Part shown: piece by piece, positions 56,174 through 64,000 of the stretch | Layout: each line of letters begins with the position of its first letter | Numbering within the stretch: the stretch's first letter is position 1 | Assembly: GCA_036557285.1 (NCBI GenBank) | Contig: DATBHW010000042.1 | Coordinates: 59,412-123,411, forward strand | DNA length: 64,000 bases | From: Ktedonobacterales bacterium | Lineage (GTDB): Bacteria; Chloroflexota; Ktedonobacteria; Ktedonobacterales; DATBGS01 | Reading direction: 5' to 3' | Translations under genes and position numbers: made by a program | Notes under the pieces: model-generated | What the model saw: only the letters and a program-made list of their open reading frames with translations | The model's database searches: none | Told to the model about the DNA's origin: nothing

Positions 56174-56956
56174 ATGGATGGTCCTAGCCCCCATATACTC
56201 AATGAGGATGATCTGGTCGCTGCTGCCTTAGACTCCGATGCTTTGACTGCTGAGGCCAGGCAGCATCTTGCCCAATGCCCGACCTGTGCCAAACAGGCTG
56301 CGTCATATCAACGATTCATGTCTGCGCTCACCTCCAAACTCTATCGTTGGGACTGCCCCACTACCCAGGAGATCAGCGACTACGCTGCGGGACGACTACG
56401 CGGCAAGCGCCGCCACACGCTCGCCCTGCATTTCAAACGCTGCCCACACTGCACCGAGGAACTGGAGATCAGTCGGCAATTCCTGAGTCCAGCCCCACAG
56501 GCAGCAGCTGCACCAGGCTTGCGATCCCCAGCAGCCAATCTTCAACCACTTCCCCCACGCCAACGCCTCGTAGCGCGGCTGCTGCCGCACCGCACGGCAG
56601 GCGCGGCGCTGGCAGGCATCCGTGGAAGCAGCAGCCAGGGCAACGAAGGCTGGCCTCGCCAATATCAATTCGATACGATCTCCCTCTCCCTGCATCGCGC
56701 TGTTCCGCCAGCAGGTGGAAGTGGCTCCATGCTGCTTGGCCTGATTTCACGCGCCGAGGCCCCGCCCGATGCGTTCAGCAACATAGAGATACATCTGCTC
56801 CTTTCAGATGCTCCAGATAAGCCGCCCCTTGCCACTGAACAGATTGACGATCTTGGCAACTTTGTCCTCAGCCCTGTCCCCACTGGCCGTTTCGACCTGC
56901 TTATTGTGCTGCCAGAGGGTGATCTGGTCATCGAAGGGCTTGAACTCAGTGGATGA
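56174..56956 (+). CDS. Soluble zinc-finger anti-sigma-like protein
   Basis: AAAGGAG RBS. Two H/C..CxxC units (HLAQCPTCAKQ and HFKRCPHCTEE). An Ala/Pro/Gln-rich linker and a C-terminal beta-sandwich-like segment (GNFVLSPVPTGRFDLLIVLPEGDLVIEG) follow. No TM segment. Confidence 0.65.
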   Translation: MDGPSPHILNEDDLVAAALDSDALTAEARQHLAQCPTCAKQAASYQRFMSALTSKLYRWDCPTTQEISDYAAGRLRGKRRHTLALHFKRCPHCTEELEISRQFLSPAPQAAAAPGLRSPAANLQPLPPRQRLVARLLPHRTAGAALAGIRGSSSQGNEGWPRQYQFDTISLSLHRAVPPAGGSGSMLLGLISRAEAPPDAFSNIEIHLLLSDAPDKPPLATEQIDDLGNFVLSPVPTGRFDLLIVLPEGDLVIEGLELSG

Positions 56957-56963
56957 ACCGTCA

Positions 56964-59900
56964 ATGAACGCTCACACATTTGTCTCTGGCCTGTTACCCT
57001 TGCAAGGGGAGGCCATCACACGCTATTTCGCAGAGCATGCTCCCGCAGCAGATGACCTGGACACCATCGCCCAACTCCTCAAAGACGAAGCCCAGGCCCA
57101 GGAGACCCGCGACCTGGAACAGTCGCTCATCATTGCCGATCAGCTATTGGCATTCGCTGATTGGACAGGCAGCCCTCGCCATCGTGCGCTGGGCCTGCTG
57201 GAGCGCGGCAACGTCCTCATGCTCCAGGGCCACCACCGCGAAGCCATCGACTGCTTCGATACCGCCGGAGCCGATTTCCTCAAGGCAGGCGATGAAATTG
57301 GCTGGGCGCGCACCAGAATAAGCTACCTTTTCTGCGCCTCGCGCATTGGCCTGGCTGAGCAAGCCCTTCAACATGTTGAGCGGGCACGCGAGGTTTTTCT
57401 CTCCCATGATGAGTATGGACGCGCCGCCGATCTGGAGACGAATCTGGCAATTGCCTTGTCAGGCGTTGGGCGTTACCAGGAAGCCCTGGCAGCCTATGAC
57501 CGAATTCTGCTGATCATTAGTTCCAGGGAAACGGGCGATATGCTGAGCCGCAAAGCACGGGTGCTCACAAACAAAGCATTTGTTTTAGAGATGCAGGGCG
57601 ATTTACACGGCGCTATCACCTGTCTTCAGGAAGCTCGCGCCATCTTTGCTGCACAGCAACAGCTCCGCGCAGGTGCCGCCGCTGATCTTAATCAGGCTTG
57701 GTTACGGGCGAGTCTGGGCCAATATAGCGCAGCCTTACATCTCTACCATCAGGCAAGGGAATATTATCAGCAGCATGCTATTCCCAACGCCCTCGCTGCT
57801 GTGAATGCCGATATGGCCCATTGCCTTTTGCGCCTGAATCGCCCAGTCGAAGCACTCAAACTGGCCGAAGAAGCGGTTGCCCTCTGTCAGACGTTGGATG
57901 AAACCTCGGAACTCGGCACCATGCTTGTCTATCTCGCACGAGCGCAGGCAGCTTGCAACAAACCTGAAGCAGCACTGCTGACACTGAAAGAAGCTCGTCG
58001 GCAGTTTGAAAGTGTTGGCAATCTTCCTTCAGCCGGGTTAGCAATACTCACGGTAGCTGAGCTTTTGATTCAGTCAAGAGACCAGCTAGCCCAGGCCCTC
58101 GAAAGTGCTAAAGAAGCGATGAGCATCTTCTATGCTCATCACATGGAACATTTAATTGCTGAAGCTCATCTGCTCCAGGGGCGGGCCTACGAACTATCAG
58201 ATAATGTCGTTCTGGCAGCAGAGCTAGGCAATAAAGCCCTGAAGGAAGCCCGGCAGGCTCACATTCCCTGGCTGGAATTTGGCTGTGAACTCCTGCTTGG
58301 CCGATTAATGCAGCGGCAAGGGAACCTGGAGGCAGCAGAGCAACACTATCAGGCCGCGCTCACCTTACTTGAAGGCTTGATGACCTGGCTCGTGCGCGAC
58401 CAGCGCAGCACGTTCTTGACCGACAAAGAAGATGTTTTTAGCGCCCTGATCAGCCTCTCGCTGAAGCGCAGCAACCCCAACAGGGCGCTGGAGTATCTGG
58501 AACGCATGAAATCCCAAGTGCTGCGCGAATATCTGACGCGCTCCTCTGAGATTCGGCTCAAAGCAAGCGATCCCGAAGAAGCGCGCCTCTTGCAAGAACT
58601 GCAACGGCTGCGCCAGGAACTGCATGTCTCTAGCGCCCAAGTAGTTCTAACGGAAAAGACTGTCCAAAGCTCCACACTTGCCGAGCAAGCAGCAGCAGCC
58701 AGAGGAGCGCCAACCGATGTCATTGAGACAGAAAAAGCCCAACAAAACACCCTCCTGAATCAGCAGAAGGCCGAGCAGCGCCGCCGCGAGCAGGCCATCA
58801 GCGAATTATTAGAGCGGGCTTATCTCCAACACGAGAGTTCCCGCTTTACCCTCTTTGCCACTGGGCAAGGAGGGCATCAGGCCCATAGCCCACTTTCAAT
58901 TGAACACCTGTCTGACCTGATGCCAGAAGGCAGCGTCCTGCTGGAATACTTCACTCAAGGCGATGATCTGCTCATCTTTACCCTTCATGCCCGGCATCGC
59001 CGCACTGAAATAACGCATGTTCCTGGCGCGGCCAATCGGATCAGCCGGATGCTCCCGCTTTTTCGTACCAATGTTGATCTGGTCGCTCAGCATCTCATGA
59101 GCCAGCCCGCCGGGGCAAACATTGATCCCATGCTCACCGTCAATATCCAGGGCCTTGCCCGCAGACTCTATGATCTCCTGCTGAAACCCATTGAAATCCA
59201 TATACCAACCGATGGACGGCTCATCATCGTGCCTTATGGCCTGCTCCATCTGCTGCCCTTTCATGCGCTGCACAGCGAGGTGGGCTACCTGATCGAGCGG
59301 TGCGAAGTGGCCTATCTGCCCGCTGCTGCCATGCTCGCGCTCCAGGAGAGCCAGCGCGCAGCACTACCGCGCACCAGCGATGGGCAGGGGAACATTCTGG
59401 TGCTGGGGCACTCTCATGGCGGGCTGCTGCCCCACGCGCTGCACGAGGCACACAGCGTCGCACATTTATTGGGAGCAAGCCCTTTCCTCGACGAGCAGGC
59501 AACTATTGAGCGATTGAGCGGCGCAGCCGGGAGCTACAACATCATCCACATTGCTGCGCATGGGCAGAATCGCGCCGACGCGCCCGACTTCTCCTATCTG
59601 CAACTGGCCGATGGGCAACTAAGTATGATTGATGTCTTCAACCTGGATTTACCCGCTGAGCTTATTACCTTGAGCGGCTGCGAAACCGGGCTGGTTGTCA
59701 TCGGTGGCGGCGATGAACTTCTGGGATTGGGGCGCGGCTTTCTTTACGCCGGAGCGCGCTCGCTTCTGATGAGCCTCTGGCGCGTGGAAGATGCCAGCAC
59801 CGCTCTATTGATGGAACGCTTTTATCAAGGGCTTCTGGCCGGGCAGTCACGGGCAGGCGCGCTGCGTGGCGCCCAGCAGGCGCTTCTGGCAGACGCTCGT

Positions 59901-59987
59901 GCTGGCAAAAGCCCGGCTGCCTGGCAGCATCCGTATTTCTGGGCGCCCTTCCGCCTGCTCGGCGCCTCCGACCCCGTCGCACTCTAA
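56964..59987 (+). CDS. TPR-repeat + CHAT-domain (caspase-like) protease
   Basis: ATG at 56964, 8 nt after the upstream stop. About 650 aa of TPR-like helical repeats and a coiled-coil segment are followed by a CHAT domain. The His-Cys dyad sits in IIHIAAHG (His codon 59559-59561) and LSGCETG (Cys codon 59679-59681). Confidence 0.85.
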   Translation: MNAHTFVSGLLPLQGEAITRYFAEHAPAADDLDTIAQLLKDEAQAQETRDLEQSLIIADQLLAFADWTGSPRHRALGLLERGNVLMLQGHHREAIDCFDTAGADFLKAGDEIGWARTRISYLFCASRIGLAEQALQHVERAREVFLSHDEYGRAADLETNLAIALSGVGRYQEALAAYDRILLIISSRETGDMLSRKARVLTNKAFVLEMQGDLHGAITCLQEARAIFAAQQQLRAGAAADLNQAWLRASLGQYSAALHLYHQAREYYQQHAIPNALAAVNADMAHCLLRLNRPVEALKLAEEAVALCQTLDETSELGTMLVYLARAQAACNKPEAALLTLKEARRQFESVGNLPSAGLAILTVAELLIQSRDQLAQALESAKEAMSIFYAHHMEHLIAEAHLLQGRAYELSDNVVLAAELGNKALKEARQAHIPWLEFGCELLLGRLMQRQGNLEAAEQHYQAALTLLEGLMTWLVRDQRSTFLTDKEDVFSALISLSLKRSNPNRALEYLERMKSQVLREYLTRSSEIRLKASDPEEARLLQELQRLRQELHVSSAQVVLTEKTVQSSTLAEQAAAARGAPTDVIETEKAQQNTLLNQQKAEQRRREQAISELLERAYLQHESSRFTLFATGQGGHQAHSPLSIEHLSDLMPEGSVLLEYFTQGDDLLIFTLHARHRRTEITHVPGAANRISRMLPLFRTNVDLVAQHLMSQPAGANIDPMLTVNIQGLARRLYDLLLKPIEIHIPTDGRLIIVPYGLLHLLPFHALHSEVGYLIERCEVAYLPAAAMLALQESQRAALPRTSDGQGNILVLGHSHGGLLPHALHEAHSVAHLLGASPFLDEQATIERLSGAAGSYNIIHIAAHGQNRADAPDFSYLQLADGQLSMIDVFNLDLPAELITLSGCETGLVVIGGGDELLGLGRGFLYAGARSLLMSLWRVEDASTALLMERFYQGLLAGQSRAGALRGAQQALLADARAGKSPAAWQHPYFWAPFRLLGASDPVAL

Positions 59988-60107
59988 GCAGCGCCTTCAT
60001 CTGCAAATAGCTGTTTACAAATCGTTTTCTTTGATAGGTGGCTTACAGAGACCGACACCCCGGCGCTATGTGAATGCAACCAGGTTCCTTGTATCAGGAG
60101 GACTTTT

Positions 60108-61943
60108 ATGGTGAATCGCCCCAGACCGCCAGCGCATCCAGCTTTTAAAGGCGCTCTCCCAGCCCTCGATGGGCGCATCATTGAGCCGCTCTATTGGATT
60201 CCGAACGAACTGGCCGTGACGGTTCGTTCTCCAATGGCGCCAACGCTGGAGCAGCTACAAACCCTCAGCGCCCGCCTGAAACGGCTGCTCAGCGAAGTCG
60301 GCATCAGCGTTGTTCCTTTTTACGCTGGCGGCCAGCGACTCTCACGCCAGGGCGCAAAGCGTGATCTCTCAGAGCCGGAAGAAACAGTTACCGAGCAAAA
60401 GTATGTTCAGGTGGGGATAGAGGTTGGACGGATTGGACGGACCTCTGCTCAAACCCTGGTGGAAGTTGAGCTTGAGGAGCAGTGGCAGGCTGAGTACAGG
60501 CGTCGTCCCAACCGACTTCCCGGCGTTCATTCCTTTGGCAATGGCCCAACAGGCATTGCTGTCGTCTTTTATACCCTGCTCACTCATCGCCAGCGCCGAG
60601 GAGACCAGAGGGACAGCGTACAGATAGCGGTTGATCACATCAACCAGAACCTGCACCTGCGCAACCCTGGAGAAAATGCGCTGCGCGTCCTGGCCGCCAT
60701 GCCGAACTGGCTGACATATGGCTCAGGGCAAATTCCAGAGCCAGCCACTGGACCAGGCGCGCCACCGATGTGGTCCCCAGACGCGCCCCCTCCCAGCGGC
60801 TCCTGGGTTTTTAAGCAGCCGCACTTTGCCGCTCTGGTTCAGCAAAACAAGCAGCAGCCAGCGGGACACGTTACCGTCATCATTCTGGATACCGCGCTCG
60901 GAGATAACAACGCGGTCATCACACGCGCCCAGCAGGTTCCAGATTACGCAAACAATCTGTTGCTGAAGCAGATTGTGGGCGATCTCAATCAAGGCAAGAT
61001 GCTTATTGATACGAGCATTCCCACTTATATGCTGCCTGGCAACCAGTTCGGCGCGGGCCAGGATGACCTGGGGCGGCCTTTCGTCTATAATATGGTTGAT
61101 CATGGCCTCTTCATCGCGGGCATCATTTACAGCATCGCCCCACAAGCGGAGATAAAACTGGTGCGCACCCAGAATCCCTATGGCGCGGGAGATATGAACG
61201 TTTTCTTGCATGCTCTCGACGAAGTGGGCCAGCGCCAGGACACACAACAGATCGTGTTGAATCTCAGCATGGGCGCGCTGCCACCCCTGGAGGAACTCCA
61301 TCAAATCTGGTTTGGCTCTGGCTGCTGCTGCGATGCGCCGCCTTTTGCTGATGCTTTGCAAACCCTCGAAAAATTGCATCTGGGGCTGCGTATTGCCATT
61401 CGCTCACTGGTGGAAAAAGGGGTCGTGATCGTTGCCGCCGCTGGCAACGACTCGATAGGTAAGAATCCGCCACATGGGCCACGCTATCCGGCTCGCTATG
61501 AGGACGTGCTGGGGGTTGCAGCTGTGAACCGCCACGAACAAGCCGCCGCATATTCCAACCAGGCCAATGTAGACCATTGGGGCAGCGGCATTGCCACCTT
61601 TGGCGGCGAAGAGCCGAACGACGACAGCGATACGCTCGCCTGGTATCTGGGTACATCGCCGAATCAACCTGGCCCACCCGATGCCGTCCATAGCCTCTAT
61701 CTGAATCCAACCTATCCGCCGCTCAATGCAGATGATTCTGGCGCTGGCGGCTCAAACAACTCTGGCTGGGCCTGGTGGTCGGGGACATCGTTTGCCACCG
61801 CCGTCGCCAGTGGGCTGGCAGCGCATCATGTGCTGGCTGGCATGCACGGGCAGCAGGTCATCCAGGCCATCTTAAATGGTCTGGCTTCCGCTCCCTACTC
61901 CCAACGGCTACAGGCTCCTATTCTGGAAGTAGCGGAAGAATAG
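60108..61943 (+). CDS. S8-family subtilisin-like serine peptidase with an unknown N-terminal domain of about 250 aa and no signal peptide
   Basis: AGGAGG RBS. Triad: VIILDTALGD (Asp codon 60887-60889), DHGLFIAGII (His codon 61101-61103), GTSFATAVASG (Ser codon 61788-61790). Oxyanion NLSMGA. Confidence 0.85.
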   Translation: MVNRPRPPAHPAFKGALPALDGRIIEPLYWIPNELAVTVRSPMAPTLEQLQTLSARLKRLLSEVGISVVPFYAGGQRLSRQGAKRDLSEPEETVTEQKYVQVGIEVGRIGRTSAQTLVEVELEEQWQAEYRRRPNRLPGVHSFGNGPTGIAVVFYTLLTHRQRRGDQRDSVQIAVDHINQNLHLRNPGENALRVLAAMPNWLTYGSGQIPEPATGPGAPPMWSPDAPPPSGSWVFKQPHFAALVQQNKQQPAGHVTVIILDTALGDNNAVITRAQQVPDYANNLLLKQIVGDLNQGKMLIDTSIPTYMLPGNQFGAGQDDLGRPFVYNMVDHGLFIAGIIYSIAPQAEIKLVRTQNPYGAGDMNVFLHALDEVGQRQDTQQIVLNLSMGALPPLEELHQIWFGSGCCCDAPPFADALQTLEKLHLGLRIAIRSLVEKGVVIVAAAGNDSIGKNPPHGPRYPARYEDVLGVAAVNRHEQAAAYSNQANVDHWGSGIATFGGEEPNDDSDTLAWYLGTSPNQPGPPDAVHSLYLNPTYPPLNADDSGAGGSNNSGWAWWSGTSFATAVASGLAAHHVLAGMHGQQVIQAILNGLASAPYSQRLQAPILEVAEE

Positions 61944-61948
61944 GAAGC

Positions 61949-62014
61949 AGCGGCACAGCGAATGGCGCTACAGGCAGCGGCCTATTGTCGGTAGCGCCAC
62001 TCGCTGTGCTGGCG
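61949..62014. repeat. REP-variant long hairpin directly after the S8 gene
   Basis: GCACAGCGAatGGCGCTAC, 19-nt loop, GTAGCGCCacTCGCTGTGC. Confidence 0.6.
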
Positions 62015-62174
62015 TAGCGTCGGCCCACGCTCGTCAGCTTCTCCGCTCCATTGACAGACACGCCTGCCGGGTATATCCTGCTGCCATCAGCTCCACGCTC
62101 CTGGCTATCATGCAATCTGCGCCATCCACGTGCTCAGATGCTCATGCTCAGGTTCTAAGGAAGGAGTTTCCTTG

Positions 62175-64000
62175 ATGGCTACCACCGAACTTACCTCCGC
62201 CTCTCAGACCATCTTTAGCGAAAGCGAATTTGCAACCCTCCGCGCCATCTGCGATACCTTTGTTCCCGCCATCCAGGCAGAAGACGACCCCCATCGCTTC
62301 TACGCGACATCGGCCAGCGACCTCAAAGTCCCCGACCTGATCGCCGCAACTGTTGCCCAGCTTCCCGAAGAGGCCCGCGCACAATTGAGGCAATTGCTTG
62401 GCCTGCTGGATAAACCGCTGGTGAACCTGCTCTTCTCCGGCCAGTTTGCGCACTTTCGCACACTCAACCAGGATCAGCGCGAAGCTGTGCTGCGAAGCTG
62501 GGCGGCCAGCGGCATGCAGATGCGGCGGCAGGCGTTTGCGGCGCTCAAGCGCGCAGCAGTTGTCACCTATTACGCCGCTGTTGGCGAAGACGGCAAAAAT
62601 CCTGCCTGGAAAGCTATTAACTATCCTGGCCCTTTCAGCCCGCCTCCCAGCGTACCCAAGCCGATCAAACCCACCGAAATCACCGCCGCTACCACCCTGG
62701 ATTGTGATGTGGTCGTGATCGGCTCTGGCGCGGGCGGCGGAGTAGTAGCGGGCGAATTGGCGGCTGCGGGCAAAGCGGTGATCGTGCTTGAGATGGGCGG
62801 TTATTATAACGAATCCGATTTCATCCACTACGAAGGCGCAGGCTATCAGAAACTCTATCTAGGCGGCGGCGCGCTGACCACCAGAGATCAAGGCGTAACG
62901 CTCGTTGCTGGAAGTTGCCTGGGTGGTGGCACCGTCGTCAACTACTGCACCAGCTTCCGCACTCCCGACGACGTGCGCGAGGAATGGGCCACAAAGCACA
63001 AGCTTCCCGCCTTCACCACCAGAGACTACGACGACAGTATGGATGCCATCTCCCAGCGCATCAACGTCAACCGCGACCAGAGCAAGCCTTCCAGACACGA
63101 AGAACTGATGAGCAAGGGCCTGGAAAAACTCGGCTGGCACGTGGACAGGCTGCCACGCGATGTACGCAACTGCCCACAGGATCATGGCTGCGGCTACTGC
63201 ATGTTTGGCTGCCAGCGCAGCGCCAAGCAATCCACGCTTATCACCTATTTGCAGGATGCCTATCAGCAAGGCGCGAAGATGATCGTCAACTGCCGCGCTG
63301 ACCGCATCTTGATCGAGCAAGGGCAGGCTGTTGGCGTGGCTGCCACTGCCACCACCCCTTCTGGCGAGCGACACGCTCTGACCGTGCGGGCCAAAGTCGT
63401 AGTTGCCGCCGCAGGCTCGCTCCAGACGCCCGCGCTGCTCCTGCGCTCCGGCCTGACCAATCCGGCCATCGGGCGCTACCTGCGCCTGCACCCGGCCACT
63501 GGCGTCTGGGGCGTGCTGCGCGAGGACGCTGAGCCATTCGGTGGGCCGCTGCAAGCGTTGTATTCCGAGCAGTTCGCCAACCTTCAGGACGGCTACGGCT
63601 TCAGATTCGAGTGGGTACCCATCCACCCAGGCACGCTCTCGCTCAGCATGCCCTGGACCTCTGGCCGCCAGCATAAAGACGTGATGCGCCGCTATCGGCA
63701 TATCGTCCCCCTGGGCATTTTGCTGCGCGACCACGAAAGCGGTCAGGTGACGATTGATAAGCGCGGCGAATCGATAATTGACTATCGCCTGGCTCCTTAT
63801 GACCGCGCCCATATGCGCAAAGGGATTGAGGCGGCCACCCAGGTGCTAGAAGCCATCAATGTCGAAGAGATCATCGCGCCGTCGCCTCAGTGGATCAGCT
63901 ACCGCCCCGGCGCATCGGGCAGCCGCGCCGACTTCCTGCGCCGCGTAGAAGCTACCGGCTATCGCCCAAACTACTTTGGCCTGATTACCTATCACCAGAT
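62175..64000 (+). CDS. GMC-family FAD oxidoreductase (long-chain alcohol-oxidase-like); C-terminus beyond the right window edge
   Basis: AAGGAG lies 8 nt before the ATG at 62175. The frame stays open to the window end, so the gene is absent from the track. My translation includes DCDVVVIGSGAGGGVVAGELAAAGKAVIVLEMG and GSCLGGGTVVNY. Confidence 0.85.
   Translation, partial: MATTELTSASQTIFSESEFATLRAICDTFVPAIQAEDDPHRFYATSASDLKVPDLIAATVAQLPEEARAQLRQLLGLLDKPLVNLLFSGQFAHFRTLNQDQREAVLRSWAASGMQMRRQAFAALKRAAVVTYYAAVGEDGKNPAWKAINYPGPFSPPPSVPKPIKPTEITAATTLDCDVVVIGSGAGGGVVAGELAAAGKAVIVLEMGGYYNESDFIHYEGAGYQKLYLGGGALTTRDQGVTLVAGSCLGGGTVVNYCTSFRTPDDVREEWATKHKLPAFTTRDYDDSMDAISQRINVNRDQSKPSRHEELMSKGLEKLGWHVDRLPRDVRNCPQDHGCGYCMFGCQRSAKQSTLITYLQDAYQQGAKMIVNCRADRILIEQGQAVGVAATATTPSGERHALTVRAKVVVAAAGSLQTPALLLRSGLTNPAIGRYLRLHPATGVWGVLREDAEPFGGPLQALYSEQFANLQDGYGFRFEWVPIHPGTLSLSMPWTSGRQHKDVMRRYRHIVPLGILLRDHESGQVTIDKRGESIIDYRLAPYDRAHMRKGIEAATQVLEAINVEEIIAPSPQWISYRPGASGSRADFLRRVEATGYRPNYFGLITYHQ

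Noticed and set aside
62148-63812. Two minus-strand ORFs (226 and 317 aa) offered by the track.
   Set aside because: Both are antisense to a GMC oxidoreductase frame with clear FAD-binding motifs and a good RBS. The track omits that frame because it has no stop inside the window.

Overview
This is a 64-kb chromosomal window from a high-GC bacterium. My spot counts of 60-nt lines give about 63-72% GC in most genes. The genome uses T-box regulation and is dense in intergenic palindromic repeats. The gene content fits a Chloroflexota (Ktedonobacteria-like) or actinobacterial-like organism, but that is inference only. About 55 protein genes can be supported. Two of them are absent from the supplied ORF track because they run off the window edges: nagA (1-1038, minus strand) and a GMC oxidoreductase (62175-64000, plus strand). 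Left to right, the window contains: (1) a MurNAc/GlcNAc recycling cluster (nagA, then divergently a GntR/HutC regulator, murQ, a BadF-type kinase and GH3 nagZ) with a DasR/NagR-type palindromic operator; (2) a Ser/Thr kinase; (3) a glycerol/G3P block (plsY, glpD-glpF-glpK); (4) a minus-strand gene run with an MFS exporter, an AlkZ-like (Q-x-Q) glycosylase and a 1185-aa leaderless alpha-2-macroglobulin-like thioester protein; (5) Uma2, a ClbS/DinB-like protein, a CGNR regulator, MpaB and an intradiol dioxygenase; (6) a rare-sugar island (PfkB kinase, class I aldolase, xylose-isomerase-like protein, PHP, D-lyxose isomerase, FGGY kinase); (7) an ECF sigma factor with a beta-propeller anti-sigma factor; (8) an alkylation/crosslink-repair cluster (ATL, DinB, YcaQ with Q-x-D, HicB-DinB fusion); (9) a lactonase, an SDR, a phosphatase, an RlmI-like methyltransferase and a hydrolase; (10) an orphan molybdo-hydroxylase large subunit; (11) a roughly 560-aa polyanionic Glu/Ala protein; (12) a T-box-controlled aspS. 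The best candidate for an undescribed system is a lower-GC four-gene block at 55.2-61.9 kb. It encodes a sigma-70/ECF-like factor, a soluble zinc-finger anti-sigma-like protein, a TPR-CHAT caspase-like protease and a leaderless S8 subtilase. This arrangement recalls the Craspase (TPR-CHAT)-Csx30-RpoE logic of type III-E CRISPR loci, but no CRISPR or cas component is present. Two repeat families are conspicuous. One is a 107-bp MITE-like element in three copies; one copy sits inside the aspS T-box leader and another supplies the stop codon of the GntR gene. The other is a REP-like family built on a GTAGCGCCGCC hairpin core, found at 12 or more intergenic loci. I found no rRNA, tRNA, CRISPR array or transposase gene. 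All family assignments rest on motifs I read in the translations. No database search was run.
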